A stretch of DNA of 64,000 nt from Obrimoposthia wandeli (Eukaryota). The position numbers and the translations under genes are program-made. Every line of letters starts with the position of its first letter. Position 1 is the first letter of the stretch. Positions 48,898 to 60,372 of this stretch are shown one piece after another. The stretch is from assembly GCA_977020255.1 (NCBI GenBank), contig CDROCS010006015.1:1-64000 (forward strand). The letters run 5' to 3'. The notes under the pieces are model-generated. The model had not been told where the DNA came from. It was given only the letters and a program-made list of their open reading frames with translations, and ran no database searches.

Positions 48898-49479
48898 ATG
48901 GATATTAATTCGTTAACTTCACGTTTTGTACTATCACCTCGTGATCAGTCAATCAGTAAACTAACCAAAGTATTTACCCCTGCAGCAGTGCTCTTTCCGA
49001 TTGTCGAACGCGATAAAGAGTTAAATCTCATTCTCACGCGCCGCGCGTCACATTTACGTCACCACAGTGGTCAAATAGCCTTACCGGGTGGTAAAACAGA
49101 AAAAACAGATAGTTCATCCATTGCCACTGCATTACGTGAAACCCATGAAGAGATTGGCATTCCCGCCAATAAAATCACCGTATTAGGCACACTACCGAGC
49201 CGTCCGACGATTAGCCGTTATTACGTCACCCCAGTAGTGGCTTTAGTCGACAGTGATTACCAAGCTAAAATTGATCCGAATGAAGTCGACGAAATTTTTG
49301 AAGTTCCGCTGTCTTTTTTACTCGACGACGATAACCATATTATTGAGAAGAGTTTATTTAAAGGTAAATACCGTGAAGTGATGTTCATGCCTTGGGGTAA
49401 GTATCCGATATGGGGAACGACGGCAGCCATTATTAAAGATTTTTCAAAACATATTAGATCGCATGAAGCCCAGAGCTAA
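48898..49479 (+). CDS. nudL: CoA pyrophosphatase (Nudix)
   Basis: AAVL, LTRRA..LR.HSGQIALPGG and ALRE..EEIG Nudix box; IWG.TA. Confidence 0.9.
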   Translation: MDINSLTSRFVLSPRDQSISKLTKVFTPAAVLFPIVERDKELNLILTRRASHLRHHSGQIALPGGKTEKTDSSSIATALRETHEEIGIPANKITVLGTLPSRPTISRYYVTPVVALVDSDYQAKIDPNEVDEIFEVPLSFLLDDDNHIIEKSLFKGKYREVMFMPWGKYPIWGTTAAIIKDFSKHIRSHEAQS

Positions 49480-49856
49480 AGACACACCGAAAACATACTC
49501 GGTACTATCGGTGTGATGACTAAATGTCTATCTTACGGTACCTATTTTAGAACCCTATCTCCCCCCCTATCTACTAACCCTATTTCAGCACTAACCAAAG
49601 TGCATGCACCATGCCAGGGATAACAAACAGAAAGCAAAGTAAGATATTAATCAGCAAGTCTTTACCTGCGCCATTGTTAAGAAATACAGCGACAGGTGGT
49701 AAGAATATAGCCAAGATTATTAACACTATTTTATTCATCTGATTTTCTCCAACGGCCGTGAATCATCACATCAAGTCATTTCATTATAGAAGTCATATTA
49801 CCGCCAGTCCAAATTAAGACCGACGGCAATCATTAAATCTAATTTTAACCTAACAA

Positions 49857-51578
49857 TTATTCAGCTGATTTTTCTACCATGTGCAGATGCACGTCTTGTT
49901 GTGGGAACGGGATAGACAAACCTTCTTTATCAAAGCGGAGCTTCACTTCACGTGTGATATCCCAGTACACATCCCAATAATCTTCTGTTTTCACCCAAGG
50001 GCGGACAATAAAATCAACCGAAGAAGTATTGAGTGTATGCAGCTTGATTATCGCTTCTGGGTTCTTCAATACCAGTTCATGAGATTGCACAATATCAGCT
50101 AATACCGTTTCAGCCAGCGTGATATCATCGCTATAACCAATACCAAACACCATATCAACACGACGAACACGTTCATGGGTAATATTTTTAATAATATCGC
50201 CCCATATTTTGCTGTTCGGTACGATAATAACTTGGTTATCAAAGGTCTTAATCGTGGTATTCACTAGGCTCATATGGGCAACTTTACCTGATACACCACC
50301 CGCTTCAACAAAATCACCTTCATCAAATGGACGATAAATCAGTAGCATCATGCCAGACGCAAAGTTAGACAAGGTATCTTGCAATGCAAAACCAATCACT
50401 AAACCTGCCACACCAAAACCAGTTAAGATTGGCGTTAAATCAACTCCTACTTGCGACAGTGCAATCAATAAACCAATCGCAAAAATTACATTACCCGACA
50501 TCGAGATAAAGAAATCTTGTATCAAGCGAGACAATTTCAGGTTAGGCGATGCTACGGCTTTTTTAACCATAGTGCGGGTTAGTTTTTTCAACCAACGAAA
50601 CCCTAAAATAATAGCAACAAAGATCAGTATTTTGAATAATAATTCAGGCGCATTATTGGCTAACCAATCACCAGCCCCCTCACCCCAAGTAGAGATAATC
50701 GACAAGATTAAATCCACATTAAGTAATTCGTCAGTCAATGTACCGGTGGCTTGAAACAGCTGTTGTTTATATTGCGTCGTGTCTAAAGACATTTTATCCG
50801 CAAGCGTCACCAAAAACTGTAACGTCGTAATATCATTATTTACCTTACGCTGAGCAAGGATATGCTCGATCTGTACTGTGGTTTTCTCACCTTCGGTAGC
50901 TGATTTAAGTTGCTTACTTAACAAGGCTTCTTGTTGATTATCAAAAGTCAAAGACGCAGACATGAATCCAAGTCGACGCTCAATATCACCAATTAAGGCT
51001 TTTTCTTTTGCTGGTGCAGATTGATCGAGTAACTTCAACCATTGATAATTAGTCCACTGGTCGGCTAATAATCGCGTTGAAAAACGACGCGACTCATCCA
51101 ATGATTTCTGCGCTAATAATTTACCTTCATTAGTTTCTTCTTCTAATGCTTTTTCAGTTGTTGCGATCTTATTTAACAGATACTTTGACGCATCTGAAAT
51201 AAACGCTACCTGCTGATTAACTTGCTTTAACAAGATGCCGAGAGTCTCATCTGTACGCTCATCAATAAGCTCTTGAATCACTTCTCGCAGTGCATCATTT
51301 TTATTTAATAATTGTAAACGCACGACATCTCTGGCTGTACCAGTCATGTCTTTTGATTCGTTATATAACACCGAGATGTCATTATCGAGCTTATTTAGCT
51401 TTTCTATCTGTGGTGAGGTTACATGTTGGGTAGCTATTTGTGATGAAACAGCTTGTGGCGAAGATACCTGTGCAAAAGAAAGGCTAGGCACTAATAACAT
51501 CAATAATAGAACTATAATTCTCATTATTACTTCAACTTTATCATTAGGGTTTAACAAGAATAGCAAAGCAAACAGCAT
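49857..51578 (-). CDS. MscS-family mechanosensitive channel with a long N-terminal periplasmic region
   Basis: GFALQDTLSNFASG...YRPF..GD.VE and IPNSKIWG..I.N motifs. Confidence 0.9.
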   Translation of the reverse strand: MLFALLFLLNPNDKVEVIMRIIVLLLMLLVPSLSFAQVSSPQAVSSQIATQHVTSPQIEKLNKLDNDISVLYNESKDMTGTARDVVRLQLLNKNDALREVIQELIDERTDETLGILLKQVNQQVAFISDASKYLLNKIATTEKALEEETNEGKLLAQKSLDESRRFSTRLLADQWTNYQWLKLLDQSAPAKEKALIGDIERRLGFMSASLTFDNQQEALLSKQLKSATEGEKTTVQIEHILAQRKVNNDITTLQFLVTLADKMSLDTTQYKQQLFQATGTLTDELLNVDLILSIISTWGEGAGDWLANNAPELLFKILIFVAIILGFRWLKKLTRTMVKKAVASPNLKLSRLIQDFFISMSGNVIFAIGLLIALSQVGVDLTPILTGFGVAGLVIGFALQDTLSNFASGMMLLIYRPFDEGDFVEAGGVSGKVAHMSLVNTTIKTFDNQVIIVPNSKIWGDIIKNITHERVRRVDMVFGIGYSDDITLAETVLADIVQSHELVLKNPEAIIKLHTLNTSSVDFIVRPWVKTEDYWDVYWDITREVKLRFDKEGLSIPFPQQDVHLHMVEKSAE

Positions 51579-51597
51579 TTGCTAAAATGGAAACCAT

Positions 51598-51628
51598 AAA
51601 AAAACCACGCGATTAAGCGTGGTTTGAA
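51598..51628 (-). terminator. Terminator after hemF
   Basis: AAACCACGC-gattaa-GCGTGGTTT hairpin with an A tract. Confidence 0.7.
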
Positions 51629-51635
51629 TCAAATA

Positions 51636-52490
51636 CTATACCCAGGCTTGGGGGTTCGTGACTACATCGACCAACGCTTGCTGCGCAGCGTTCTGCGGTT
51701 CTAAATCATCATAGTGCCAACTCGCAAGTGGTGGCATCGACATCAAGATTGATTTTGTCCGGCCTTTACTTTGCAAGCCAAAAATAGTGCCACGGTCGAC
51801 AATCAAATTAAACTCGACATAACGCGTACGACGGAACAATTGGAACTGACGTTCTTGTTCAGTATATGGCTGATTTTTACGTTTAGCGATAATCGGTGCA
51901 TACGCTTGGGTATACCCGTTAGCAACAGACTCAATAAAGCTCAAGCTTTTGTCGATATCCCATTCATTCAGATCATCATAAATAATACCGCCGATACCAC
52001 GATATTCTTCGCGATGTGGCATATAGAAGTATTCATCCGCGTCTTGTTTGAATTGTTCATACAAGTCTTCACCAAATGGGCTAACCGCATCACGGGCTGC
52101 CGTATGGAAGTGACAAGCATCATCGGCATATAAATGAATAGGCGTTAAATCGAATCCACCGCCTAACCACCAATGTTGTTGGCCATCATTATCCGTCACC
52201 ATGAACATACGCACGTTAGCATGACTTGTTGGTGCATGTGGATTACGTGGGTGCACAACCACTGACACGCCCATCGCTTGATATGACATACCGGAAATTC
52301 AGGACACGCTGATGCAGCAGCCGGTACTGGTCACCGCTCACTCATCGAAAATCTTACGCCTGCACTTTCGCACGCCATCACGTATCATACAACTCGTACC
52401 CTGACCTAAATGGCTAGTCCAATTATCGGCAATAAACTCGCCTTTGGTTTCTCCCGCTTGAGTGCCGATAATCAAGTGGATATACATGAA
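51636..52490 (-). CDS. hemF: Oxygen-dependent coproporphyrinogen III oxidase; 5' part garbled by indels, start approximate
   Basis: GVSVVVHPRNPHAPTSHANVR, WWLGGGFDLTP and RRTRYVEFNL..DRGT.FGL motifs. Confidence 0.9.
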
Positions 52491-52641
52491 AAATGATTTC
52501 CCAAATCATTGATTCTGACAGCCTATGCACCTACTTACAACTTAAGTGATAATCGCCTATACACAGGACACCTAAAAAAGATATGAATAAAAACCGTTTC
52601 GAGTATATTAAAGCATAGATTCAAAAATAGTTTATTTCGTA

Positions 52642-53406
52642 TTATGCAGAGATCTCAGCGTACAGATCGCAAAATTGCTGCGTCACTTTATGCTTCGGCG
52701 CGCAATTGATCAAGGGTTGGGAGATATTATGTGATTCTTTTATTTTAACTGAACTGTGGATCAGGGTATTTAAAATCGGTAGATTTTCAGCCCTTAGTTC
52801 GGCAACCAATTTTTTTGGTAAGCTGGCTTGCCCTTGGTACTGATTCACTACAATCCCTTCGACACGTAATTTATCATTGTGATCTTGTCGTGTTTCTTCA
52901 ATGTTGGCTAACAAACTGTATAAACCACGACGTGAAAAGTCGTCACAATCAAAAGGAATCAAACAAGTATCCGCGGCGATTAAGGCTGACAAGCTATAAA
53001 AGTTAAACGCTGGCGGCGTATCGATATACACTTCATCATAATCACGCTTTAACTTCACCATCGCATCACGCAATTTATAGATCTTATGGCGTTGCTCTAA
53101 TTTAACAATCAAGTCACCCAGTAATTCAGATGCGGGCATAATAGATAAATTCGGAAATGCTGTTGGCGTAATAAAATCATGATAAGGCCGGCCTTTCATG
53201 ATGATATTGAGTGTCTGCTCAAAAAACTCAGCAACACTAAATTCAACCTTATAATCATTACCTAATAAATAAGCGCTGGTATTACATTGGCTATCTAAAT
53301 CGATAATCAACGTACGCTTACCTTCTGATGCAGCAATGGCCGCTAAATTACTGCAGATCGTAGATTTACCTACGCCACCTTTTTGATTAAACACTACACG
53401 GATCAC
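52642..53406 (-). CDS. ParA/Soj-family ATPase (orphan)
   Basis: NQKGGVGKST deviant Walker A; IDLDSQCN; IDTPP. Confidence 0.9.
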   Translation of the reverse strand: MIRVVFNQKGGVGKSTICSNLAAIAASEGKRTLIIDLDSQCNTSAYLLGNDYKVEFSVAEFFEQTLNIIMKGRPYHDFITPTAFPNLSIMPASELLGDLIVKLEQRHKIYKLRDAMVKLKRDYDEVYIDTPPAFNFYSLSALIAADTCLIPFDCDDFSRRGLYSLLANIEETRQDHNDKLRVEGIVVNQYQGQASLPKKLVAELRAENLPILNTLIHSSVKIKESHNISQPLINCAPKHKVTQQFCDLYAEISA

Positions 53407-53468
53407 GAGATACTCCCTTCTCTTAATGATTTAATTCGTTAATTTGCTAACTGGCTATTTGATCATGC

Positions 53469-54248
53469 TTAACTGTCTGAACTGGCTTCGCAGACGATCG
53501 ATTCCACTTGGTGTAGCTGTAATAATTTCGCTAACTCTTCTGGTGGTTCTTTGTCGGTAAATAATTTATTCACCTGATTTACATTACCAATATTGACCAT
53601 AGCATTACGACCAAACTTAGTATGATCGAGCGGTAAGAAAACCTCTTGTGAACACTCGATTATCGCTTGCGTTACGCGCACTTCTTGATAATCGAAATCC
53701 AGTAATGAACCATCCATATCCAAGCCACTAATCGTGACGATACCAAAATCCATTCTAAACTGCTTAATAAAATCAACCGTTGCTTCACCAACCACTCCGG
53801 CATCTTTATTACGCACTTCACCACCAGCAACAATGACTCTGAAGTCGGGTTTTTGCATCAAAATAGTGGCTACATTAAGATTGTTGGTAACAACACGTAA
53901 ATTAGTATGATTAAGTAATGCACGCGCCAATGCTTCAGACGTAGTACCAATATCAATAAACAGTGATGATCCATCTGGAATTAATTCAGCCATCGCCTGT
54001 GCGATTTTCATTTTTTCTTTGGCTGTTTTCTGCTTACGGTTAACGTATGAATCGTTAACAACACTGCTCTCTAATAATGATGCGCCACCGTGATGGCGAC
54101 GTACTAAATTATTTTCGGCTAATTCATTTAAATCTCGACGGATAGTTTGCGGGCTTACTGAAAAGTGCTCAACCAACACTTCAGTACTGACAAAGCCTTC
54201 TTCTTTAACCAACGAAATTATTTTTTGGTGACGTGTATTTTGTCTCAC
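53469..54248 (-). CDS. glpR: DeoR-family regulator, glycerol-3-phosphate regulon repressor
   Basis: VSPQTIRRDL..L HTH; RRHHGGA; FIDIGTT; DFDYQEVRV. Confidence 0.85.
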   Translation of the reverse strand: MRQNTRHQKIISLVKEEGFVSTEVLVEHFSVSPQTIRRDLNELAENNLVRRHHGGASLLESSVVNDSYVNRKQKTAKEKMKIAQAMAELIPDGSSLFIDIGTTSEALARALLNHTNLRVVTNNLNVATILMQKPDFRVIVAGGEVRNKDAGVVGEATVDFIKQFRMDFGIVTISGLDMDGSLLDFDYQEVRVTQAIIECSQEVFLPLDHTKFGRNAMVNIGNVNQVNKLFTDKEPPEELAKLLQLHQVESIVCEASSDS

Positions 54249-54503
54249 ATCTTTCTCCCTGTTTCCCCTAATGTCATTATCGAAAGGGAGTTAATATTAC
54301 CCCTTAGTTTATATCATATTTACACCTGTAAACCTGATAAATAGCGTCAATAAACAAAGTTTAACGTTATTTTGAGATATACTCATGCCTGTTCATTCAT
54401 ATACTCATACTTGTTAATCAATAATATCAAGCAGTGAACCCCAATTTAATCATGACAAATAACGACCATTTCAAATAACAGCAACACGACGAGACAATAA
54501 AAA

Positions 54504-54779
54504 ATGGCTTCAGATCCCGATAAACTCCTCAAAAAGCACCCTGGATTAACCCATTCGGAACACCAAAAGGTGACTTCTCACGTACAGCGAGAGAAAGACG
54601 AGTGGTTTCTCAATACCGTGATGATAAAAGGCTACACAGTGCCGTTTAAGTTTAAGCGTAAAAAAGCCTATAAACCGTTAACCGGTGCCAGTGTTAATAT
54701 CACCTACTATCCAGAGGTCGAAACGGTTGCAGGATTCAAAATAGAGATCATGCATGTGGTCAGAATTAAAAAATCATAA
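54504..54779 (+). CDS. Conserved hypothetical protein
   Basis: 91-aa ORF with a plausible start; function not recognised. Confidence 0.65.
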   Translation: MASDPDKLLKKHPGLTHSEHQKVTSHVQREKDEWFLNTVMIKGYTVPFKFKRKKAYKPLTGASVNITYYPEVETVAGFKIEIMHVVRIKKS

Positions 54780-54902
54780 CCTATTTTATGTGGCCTTAAG
54801 CCTGCCTATTTTTATATGGTGATTAAGCTTGTTGCAAACATTTCAGCGAGTTACACTAGAGTAAATATTACTAACTTAACGATGATTCGAGGGAACGACT
54901 AG

Positions 54903-55880
54903 ATGAGTAAATCTAAAATAATTACCGGTATTGCTGCGATCAGCATTATCTTTTATGCCACTTCAGTTTATTGGAGTGTTGAACCAGACAATTTTAGTCC
55001 AACACAAGTTACGGAAGAACTGACTAAAAATAATGCCAATATTGCGGTTGGTTCTTACACCACTGCGACCCTGATTAAATCCCTACTAACGTTAAATGAA
55101 AAAAATGGCGGTTACCTGAGTAATTCAGTGTTACCACCAGCAATTTTGATGGATAACATGCCATCATGGGAATATGGTTTATTAGAACAGTCTCGTGACC
55201 TTATGTTGGTATTACGTCGTGATTTAAGCCGTTCACAAACGCAATCAACTGAAAATAAAGACTTACAAAAAGCACACGGTTCATTAAATGTTGAACACAC
55301 GCGTTTATTCCCAACCAATGCTAACTCTGAATACAAAAAAACCATTACTGAACTGCAAACATACCTCGACAAATTAAACGATTCGCAATCTAAAAACGCA
55401 CAATTTTATGCCCGTGCCGATAACCTTGCTGAGTGGTTTAAACAAGTTGAGAAACGTCTTGGTTCATTGTCACAACGTTTAAGTGCGTCTGTTGGCCAAT
55501 ACCGTATCAACACGGATTTATCTGGTGATCTAGGGGCTGAGCAATCAACATTCACAGAGTCCGGTTCTAACGTTAAAACGGCCTGGTTAGATATTGATAA
55601 TGTATTCTGGGAAGCACGTGGTTCTTCTTGGGCACTGTATCATTATCTAAAAGCAGCACGTATTGATTTTAAAGGCGTGTTAGAGAAGAAAAATGCCCTA
55701 GCAAGTGTTGACCAAATCATCCTTGAATTAGAAGCATCACTTCAGCCTGTCGGCAGCCCGATCATTCTTAATGGTGCTGGTTTTGGTTTTTTTGCTAACC
55801 ACTCGCTGGTAATGGCAAACTACCTGTCTCGTGCAAACGCGGCTGTTATTGACCTACGTAGATTACTAGAACAAGGTTAA
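54903..55880 (+). CDS. DUF2333-like protein
   Basis: N-terminal TM; DNMPSWEYG and D..F.EARG..WAL motifs. Confidence 0.8.
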   Translation: MSKSKIITGIAAISIIFYATSVYWSVEPDNFSPTQVTEELTKNNANIAVGSYTTATLIKSLLTLNEKNGGYLSNSVLPPAILMDNMPSWEYGLLEQSRDLMLVLRRDLSRSQTQSTENKDLQKAHGSLNVEHTRLFPTNANSEYKKTITELQTYLDKLNDSQSKNAQFYARADNLAEWFKQVEKRLGSLSQRLSASVGQYRINTDLSGDLGAEQSTFTESGSNVKTAWLDIDNVFWEARGSSWALYHYLKAARIDFKGVLEKKNALASVDQIILELEASLQPVGSPIILNGAGFGFFANHSLVMANYLSRANAAVIDLRRLLEQG

Positions 55881-55904
55881 TCTTCGTTAGCATAAGTAAC
55901 GCTT

Positions 55905-55945
55905 AAGCCCGTGACTCTATTTAAACCGAGTCACGGGCTTTTTTG
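55905..55945 (+). terminator. Intrinsic terminator
   Basis: AAGCCCGTGACTC...GAGTCACGGGCTTTTTT. Confidence 0.9.
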
Positions 55946-56065
55946 AGCCTGAATTTCATGCCACACTGCATTATTATTTATAGCTAATAATTAATAGCTA
56001 ATGTCGAATGTCGAACAAAAACATCAGCGATTTATTAAGCTTAAAACAGCAAAGGATACTCTTAA

Positions 56066-56891
56066 ATGCAAACCGTACTCATCACAGGGGCTTCAACAGG
56101 CATCGGTTATCACGCGGCAACAGCTTTAAAAGCCGCAGGTTATCGTGTCTTTGCAACCGCAAGAAAGCTCGCAGACGTAAGCGCTTTAATTGGCCAAGGT
56201 TTTGAAAGTGTACAGCTGGATTTAAGCTCGACAGAATCAATCACTGCGGCAGTTGCGCATATATCTAAGCTCACCGAGGGTAAGATTGATGTACTGTTTA
56301 ATAACGCAAAGCTTACGGCCAACCAGGGTGCAGCTGAAAGAGATCTGCCAGCTGATGCTCTGTACAATTTGAAGCCAATGTATTTAATACGATGAGCTAA
56401 CAACACAAATCATTCCGTTAATGCGCGCTAATGGTCGAGGTCGCATTATCCAAAACAGTTCGGTATTGGGCTTGATAGCGATGAAATATCGCGGCGCGTA
56501 CAATGCCAGCAAGTTCGCGATAGAAGGACTTACTGATACGCTCAGATTGGAATTGTTGGATTCACCAATCAGGGTATCTCTGATTGAACCGGGACCAATT
56601 GAAAGTCAATTTCGTGCCAATGCCCTCGTCGCATTTAAAACCAATATCGACATAGAAAATAGTGTCCACAGTGACGATTATCAGCAGCAGATTAGCCGCC
56701 TTGGTAAAAAAGACGTCAGTAACAAATTTACTCTTGGTCCAGAAGCCGTCACCAAAGCACTGATTCATGCCATCGAAAGTAACAACCCGAAAGTACGTTA
56801 TTACGTGACGTTTCCAACCTATTTATTTGCCTTGTTAAAACGTATTTTACCCTTTAAAGTATTGGACAAAATATTAGTCAAATCAGGTTAG
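56066..56891 (+). CDS. SDR oxidoreductase, frameshifted in this assembly around 56300-56420
   Basis: TGASTGIG, NNA and YNASK motifs split across two ORFs. Confidence 0.8.
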
Positions 56892-56931
56892 TATTAACCT
56901 ATTTCTGTTTGAACAACCATGGAGTTAACGC

Positions 56932-58425
56932 ATGACAACTAAATCAGCTTATGACCAGCTTTCTAAGCATTTTAAAAAGATCCATAACCTAAGCCACCTG
57001 TCTTCTATCTGTGGTTGGGACCAAGCGGCTATGATGCCAGCGGGCGGTAATGAAGCGCGCTCTGAAGCCATGGCAGAACTGGCGGTGATGATCCACCAAC
57101 AAAGCACGGCGCCACAACTTGCGGACTTAATTAACCAAGCGCAAACTGAAAATCTATCTGGCGAACAACAAGCCAGTTTGGCAGAAATAGATCGTAGCTG
57201 GCAACAAGCCAATATCGTGCCTGAAACACTTGTTTCAGCGCAATCGTTAGCAGGATCTAAATGTGAACACGCTTGGCGTACCCAACGTAAAGAAAATGAT
57301 TGGGCTGGTTTTGCCAAGAACTTAAAAACAGTAGTTGAGCTATCGCGTGAAGAAGCCAGTATTCGCGCACAAGCCAACAACTGCAGTAATTACGATGCTT
57401 TGATGGATCTATACGAACCAGGCATGACCAGCGCACAACTGGATCCTATTTTTGATGATGTAAAATCATGGTTGCCAGAATTAACGCTCGCAGCACAAGA
57501 AAAACAAAAATCAGACAAGGTTATTATGCCAACGGGTCACTTCCCGATTGCCGCACAGCAGCAATTAGGTTTGAAAACGATGGGTATTTTAGGCTTTGAT
57601 TTTGACCACGGTCGCCTTGATGTGTCAACGCACCCGTTCTGCGGTGGTGTATCTTCTGACGTGCGTATTACCACGCGCTATGAAGAAGACGATTTCACCC
57701 AAAGCTTGATGGGCGTTGTCCACGAAACCGGTCATGCACGTTATGAACAAGGTTTACCAAAAGCATTAAACCACTTACCTGTCGGTCAAGCACGTTCAAT
57801 GGGTATTCATGAAAGCCAAAGTCTGTTATTTGAAATGCAGTTAGGTCGAAGTGAAGAGTTTTTAACTTTGCTAACGCCAGAAATTAAACAAGCATTTGGC
57901 GGCACAGATACAGCTATTTATAACCCACTGAACCTAAGCCAGTGTTATACCCGTGTAAAGCCTGATTTCATCCGTGTTGATGCCGATGAAGTGACTTACC
58001 CTGCTCACGTGATGTTACGTTATGAAATTGAACAAGCATTAATGAATGGCGATATTGAAGTAGATGATATTCCAGAGTTATGGGCACTGAAAATGCAGCA
58101 ATATTTAGGTGTGAATACCAAAGGTAATTACCGTAACGGTTGTATGCAAGACGTGCATTGGACCGACGGTAGCTTTGGTTACTTCCCGTCTTATACACTG
58201 GGTGCTATGTATGCAGCGCAATTTATGGCTACGATAAGAAAAACTATAGACGTTGATGCAGTCATTCAAAGTGGTGACCTATCACCAATCTTTAGCTGGC
58301 TGTCAAAGAACATTTGGAGTAAAGGTAGCTTGCTTTCTACGAATGAATTAGTAAGACAAGCGACGGATGAAACGTTAAATCCTGCGTATTTTAAAAAACA
58401 TTTAGAAGATCGCTACTTAAAATGA
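56932..58425 (+). CDS. Carboxypeptidase Taq (M32) family
   Basis: GRLDVS.HPFC, HETGHA, HESQS and GC.QDVHW.DGSFGYFPSY.LG motifs. Confidence 0.95.
   Translation: MTTKSAYDQLSKHFKKIHNLSHLSSICGWDQAAMMPAGGNEARSEAMAELAVMIHQQSTAPQLADLINQAQTENLSGEQQASLAEIDRSWQQANIVPETLVSAQSLAGSKCEHAWRTQRKENDWAGFAKNLKTVVELSREEASIRAQANNCSNYDALMDLYEPGMTSAQLDPIFDDVKSWLPELTLAAQEKQKSDKVIMPTGHFPIAAQQQLGLKTMGILGFDFDHGRLDVSTHPFCGGVSSDVRITTRYEEDDFTQSLMGVVHETGHARYEQGLPKALNHLPVGQARSMGIHESQSLLFEMQLGRSEEFLTLLTPEIKQAFGGTDTAIYNPLNLSQCYTRVKPDFIRVDADEVTYPAHVMLRYEIEQALMNGDIEVDDIPELWALKMQQYLGVNTKGNYRNGCMQDVHWTDGSFGYFPSYTLGAMYAAQFMATIRKTIDVDAVIQSGDLSPIFSWLSKNIWSKGSLLSTNELVRQATDETLNPAYFKKHLEDRYLK
58161..58199 (+). repeat. 39-bp direct repeat, copy 1 (inside the M32 gene)
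   Basis: GACCGACGGTAGCTTTGGTTACTTCCCGTCTTATACACT, identical at 60556-60594. Confidence 0.95.
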
Positions 58426-58858
58426 GGTTAAAGAAAAAGCGGCAATGTTTCTAAAAAGGAATGCCGCCTTTAATGAAGGGGGTTACGTCAGCTCGGTAAG
58501 ATAATTATAAATATACGCATTAAATTCTGACGGTTCTTCATAAATCCTCATGCCATATAGCCAGCAATGAAAGCTGGTTATAGATATAAGAAAAAAGGCA
58601 TTATCTGGATGATACCCCTAGTTTTGCGGGCATTACTGTTATGTTTTTTGTTTGAAAATAAAACACAAGTAGCTAATAATTAATCACTTTAATTAAATAT
58701 CGATTACAGTAAACTTGAATCCGTATGGGATTTTAATTAACTTTGTAATCAATCACACTAGAAATAGAGCTTTCACACTAATTATTTGATTGAAATCAAA
58801 ATTATAATCCACACGTTCTATAAATTATGTTCTTTTAAATAAAAACAGAGCTTATACT

Positions 58859-60331
58859 TTGAAAAAACTAACAATTTTAGCATTAAGTGTCGCATTTACG
58901 TTAACTGGGTGTGGTGGCGGTGATAGTAGTGGTGATAGCAGCAATGAAGGTAATAGCGGGGGAACCTCAAAGCCAACTGAACCAAGTGAACCGCTCTACG
59001 AACTGGTTGAACATGTGTCCGCGCAAGAATTACCTGGAATGGTAAAGAGCACCTATATGATTAAGGACGGTGGTGCTTATGTGCCACTTACATCAGAAAT
59101 GGGTGATCATTGCGTCGGTGAGTTTTACGCATACAAAGCAGGAAAAGTGATTGATACCTGTAGGGGCGGAGATGAAGTGCCGAGCTTTACTGCTGATGAT
59201 GCTGCAACAACTCTAAAAGCTGTAGATCGCGCTCTCAATGAATTGTATGTTCCGCTTGGTTACGAGTCTGCAACAGATATGATTCATATTTTTCGACGTG
59301 AACATCTACGTAATAGCAGAATTGTTGTAGGGCTAATTGCAAATGATCTTTACCTTGACGATAGCGGTATTGAGCCAACATTCATTTCTATTGATGAAGT
59401 GGATGCTATAAACGCAACGCTCTCTACATTGCCTTCATGCTTGAATAAGCAAATACGAGGTGAGGACTACATTGGATGCATGGCATCGAATTACTATTAT
59501 TCTCTAGAACACGAGACTATTGACGGGCGTGTTAAGCAAGCTAAGTTTGCTAAAGCTGCTGTGGATTTATTTACAACTGACTTTGCCCTAATTGATTCAA
59601 CATTAAAAAGTAATCAGCCTGACGGTGATTACGCTAAATATGCTAATTTCAATGAAGACAAGATAAAAGAAGAGCTTCATAAATTAAAAGTTGATTATGT
59701 TGATGGTGGCGTATCGCTAGAGGTTCGTCCTAATTCTTTCCTTAATGGTGCTGTGTCATCTGCTAGTTCTATGGATGATTACATTGAGTTACCTGAAACC
59801 ATGTATAAACAGGACTTTTATTACCCAATAGTTAAGCATGAAAGTATTCACGCCTTAATGCATGCCTTGAATAATCACTATCGGTTTACAACATCATGGT
59901 ATGTAGAGGGTGTGGCTGTATTTTATGCGCAACAAGCATTAGATTCGTGGGCTGAGTTATCGGAAGTTCCTCAAGAAGCATTCGACTCGTGGGCTAACGG
60001 TGATAATGTTTCCGTTGATCGTTCTTTTTATCCGATTTATGGTGCAATGTTTCAGTATTTAACAATTGCGACTACTGAGGAAGATGCTGTTCTAAAAAAT
60101 GAAAAGCTACTGACTTGGATTAAAGGCGCAAATGTTGGAAGTGATCCAGAATCAGAAGGTGATAAAGTTAGACGATTATTTAACGAGCAGAAGTTTACAG
60201 ATCATAAAGGTGGCATCTTAACGTATACTTCATTCCATAGAGACATTAAAGCACTGGCTTTAGAGTTAAGTCAGGAAGAAAATGTAGGAAGCTACAAGTC
60301 ATACGGGCATGATGATTACGGTCGCAAGTAG
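58859..60331 (+). CDS. Lipoprotein, putative gluzincin-type zinc metallopeptidase
   Basis: Lipobox LTGC plus a Gly/Ser linker; HESIH (HExxH) followed by WYVEGVA. Confidence 0.75.
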   Translation: MKKLTILALSVAFTLTGCGGGDSSGDSSNEGNSGGTSKPTEPSEPLYELVEHVSAQELPGMVKSTYMIKDGGAYVPLTSEMGDHCVGEFYAYKAGKVIDTCRGGDEVPSFTADDAATTLKAVDRALNELYVPLGYESATDMIHIFRREHLRNSRIVVGLIANDLYLDDSGIEPTFISIDEVDAINATLSTLPSCLNKQIRGEDYIGCMASNYYYSLEHETIDGRVKQAKFAKAAVDLFTTDFALIDSTLKSNQPDGDYAKYANFNEDKIKEELHKLKVDYVDGGVSLEVRPNSFLNGAVSSASSMDDYIELPETMYKQDFYYPIVKHESIHALMHALNNHYRFTTSWYVEGVAVFYAQQALDSWAELSEVPQEAFDSWANGDNVSVDRSFYPIYGAMFQYLTIATTEEDAVLKNEKLLTWIKGANVGSDPESEGDKVRRLFNEQKFTDHKGGILTYTSFHRDIKALALELSQEENVGSYKSYGHDDYGRK

Positions 60332-60350
60332 AGACGCACATTGATAATTT

Positions 60351-60372
60351 AAAGGGAGGCTTGCCTCCCTTT
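60351..60372 (+). terminator. Terminator after the lipoprotein gene
   Basis: AAAGGGAGGC-TT-GCCTCCCTTT. Confidence 0.8.

Noticed and set aside
51636-52500. hemF pseudogene
   Set aside because: The 5' part has clustered indels typical of raw long-read error, the rest is well conserved, and the nearby SDR shows the same pattern.
52642-53406. Orphan ParA as a sign of a plasmid or island
   Set aside because: Sits among ordinary housekeeping genes with host-like composition; orphan ParA proteins are common.
56066-56891. Split SDR as two genes or a programmed frameshift
   Set aside because: The garbled stretch falls in the normally conserved NNAG/YGQ region; most simply sequencing error.
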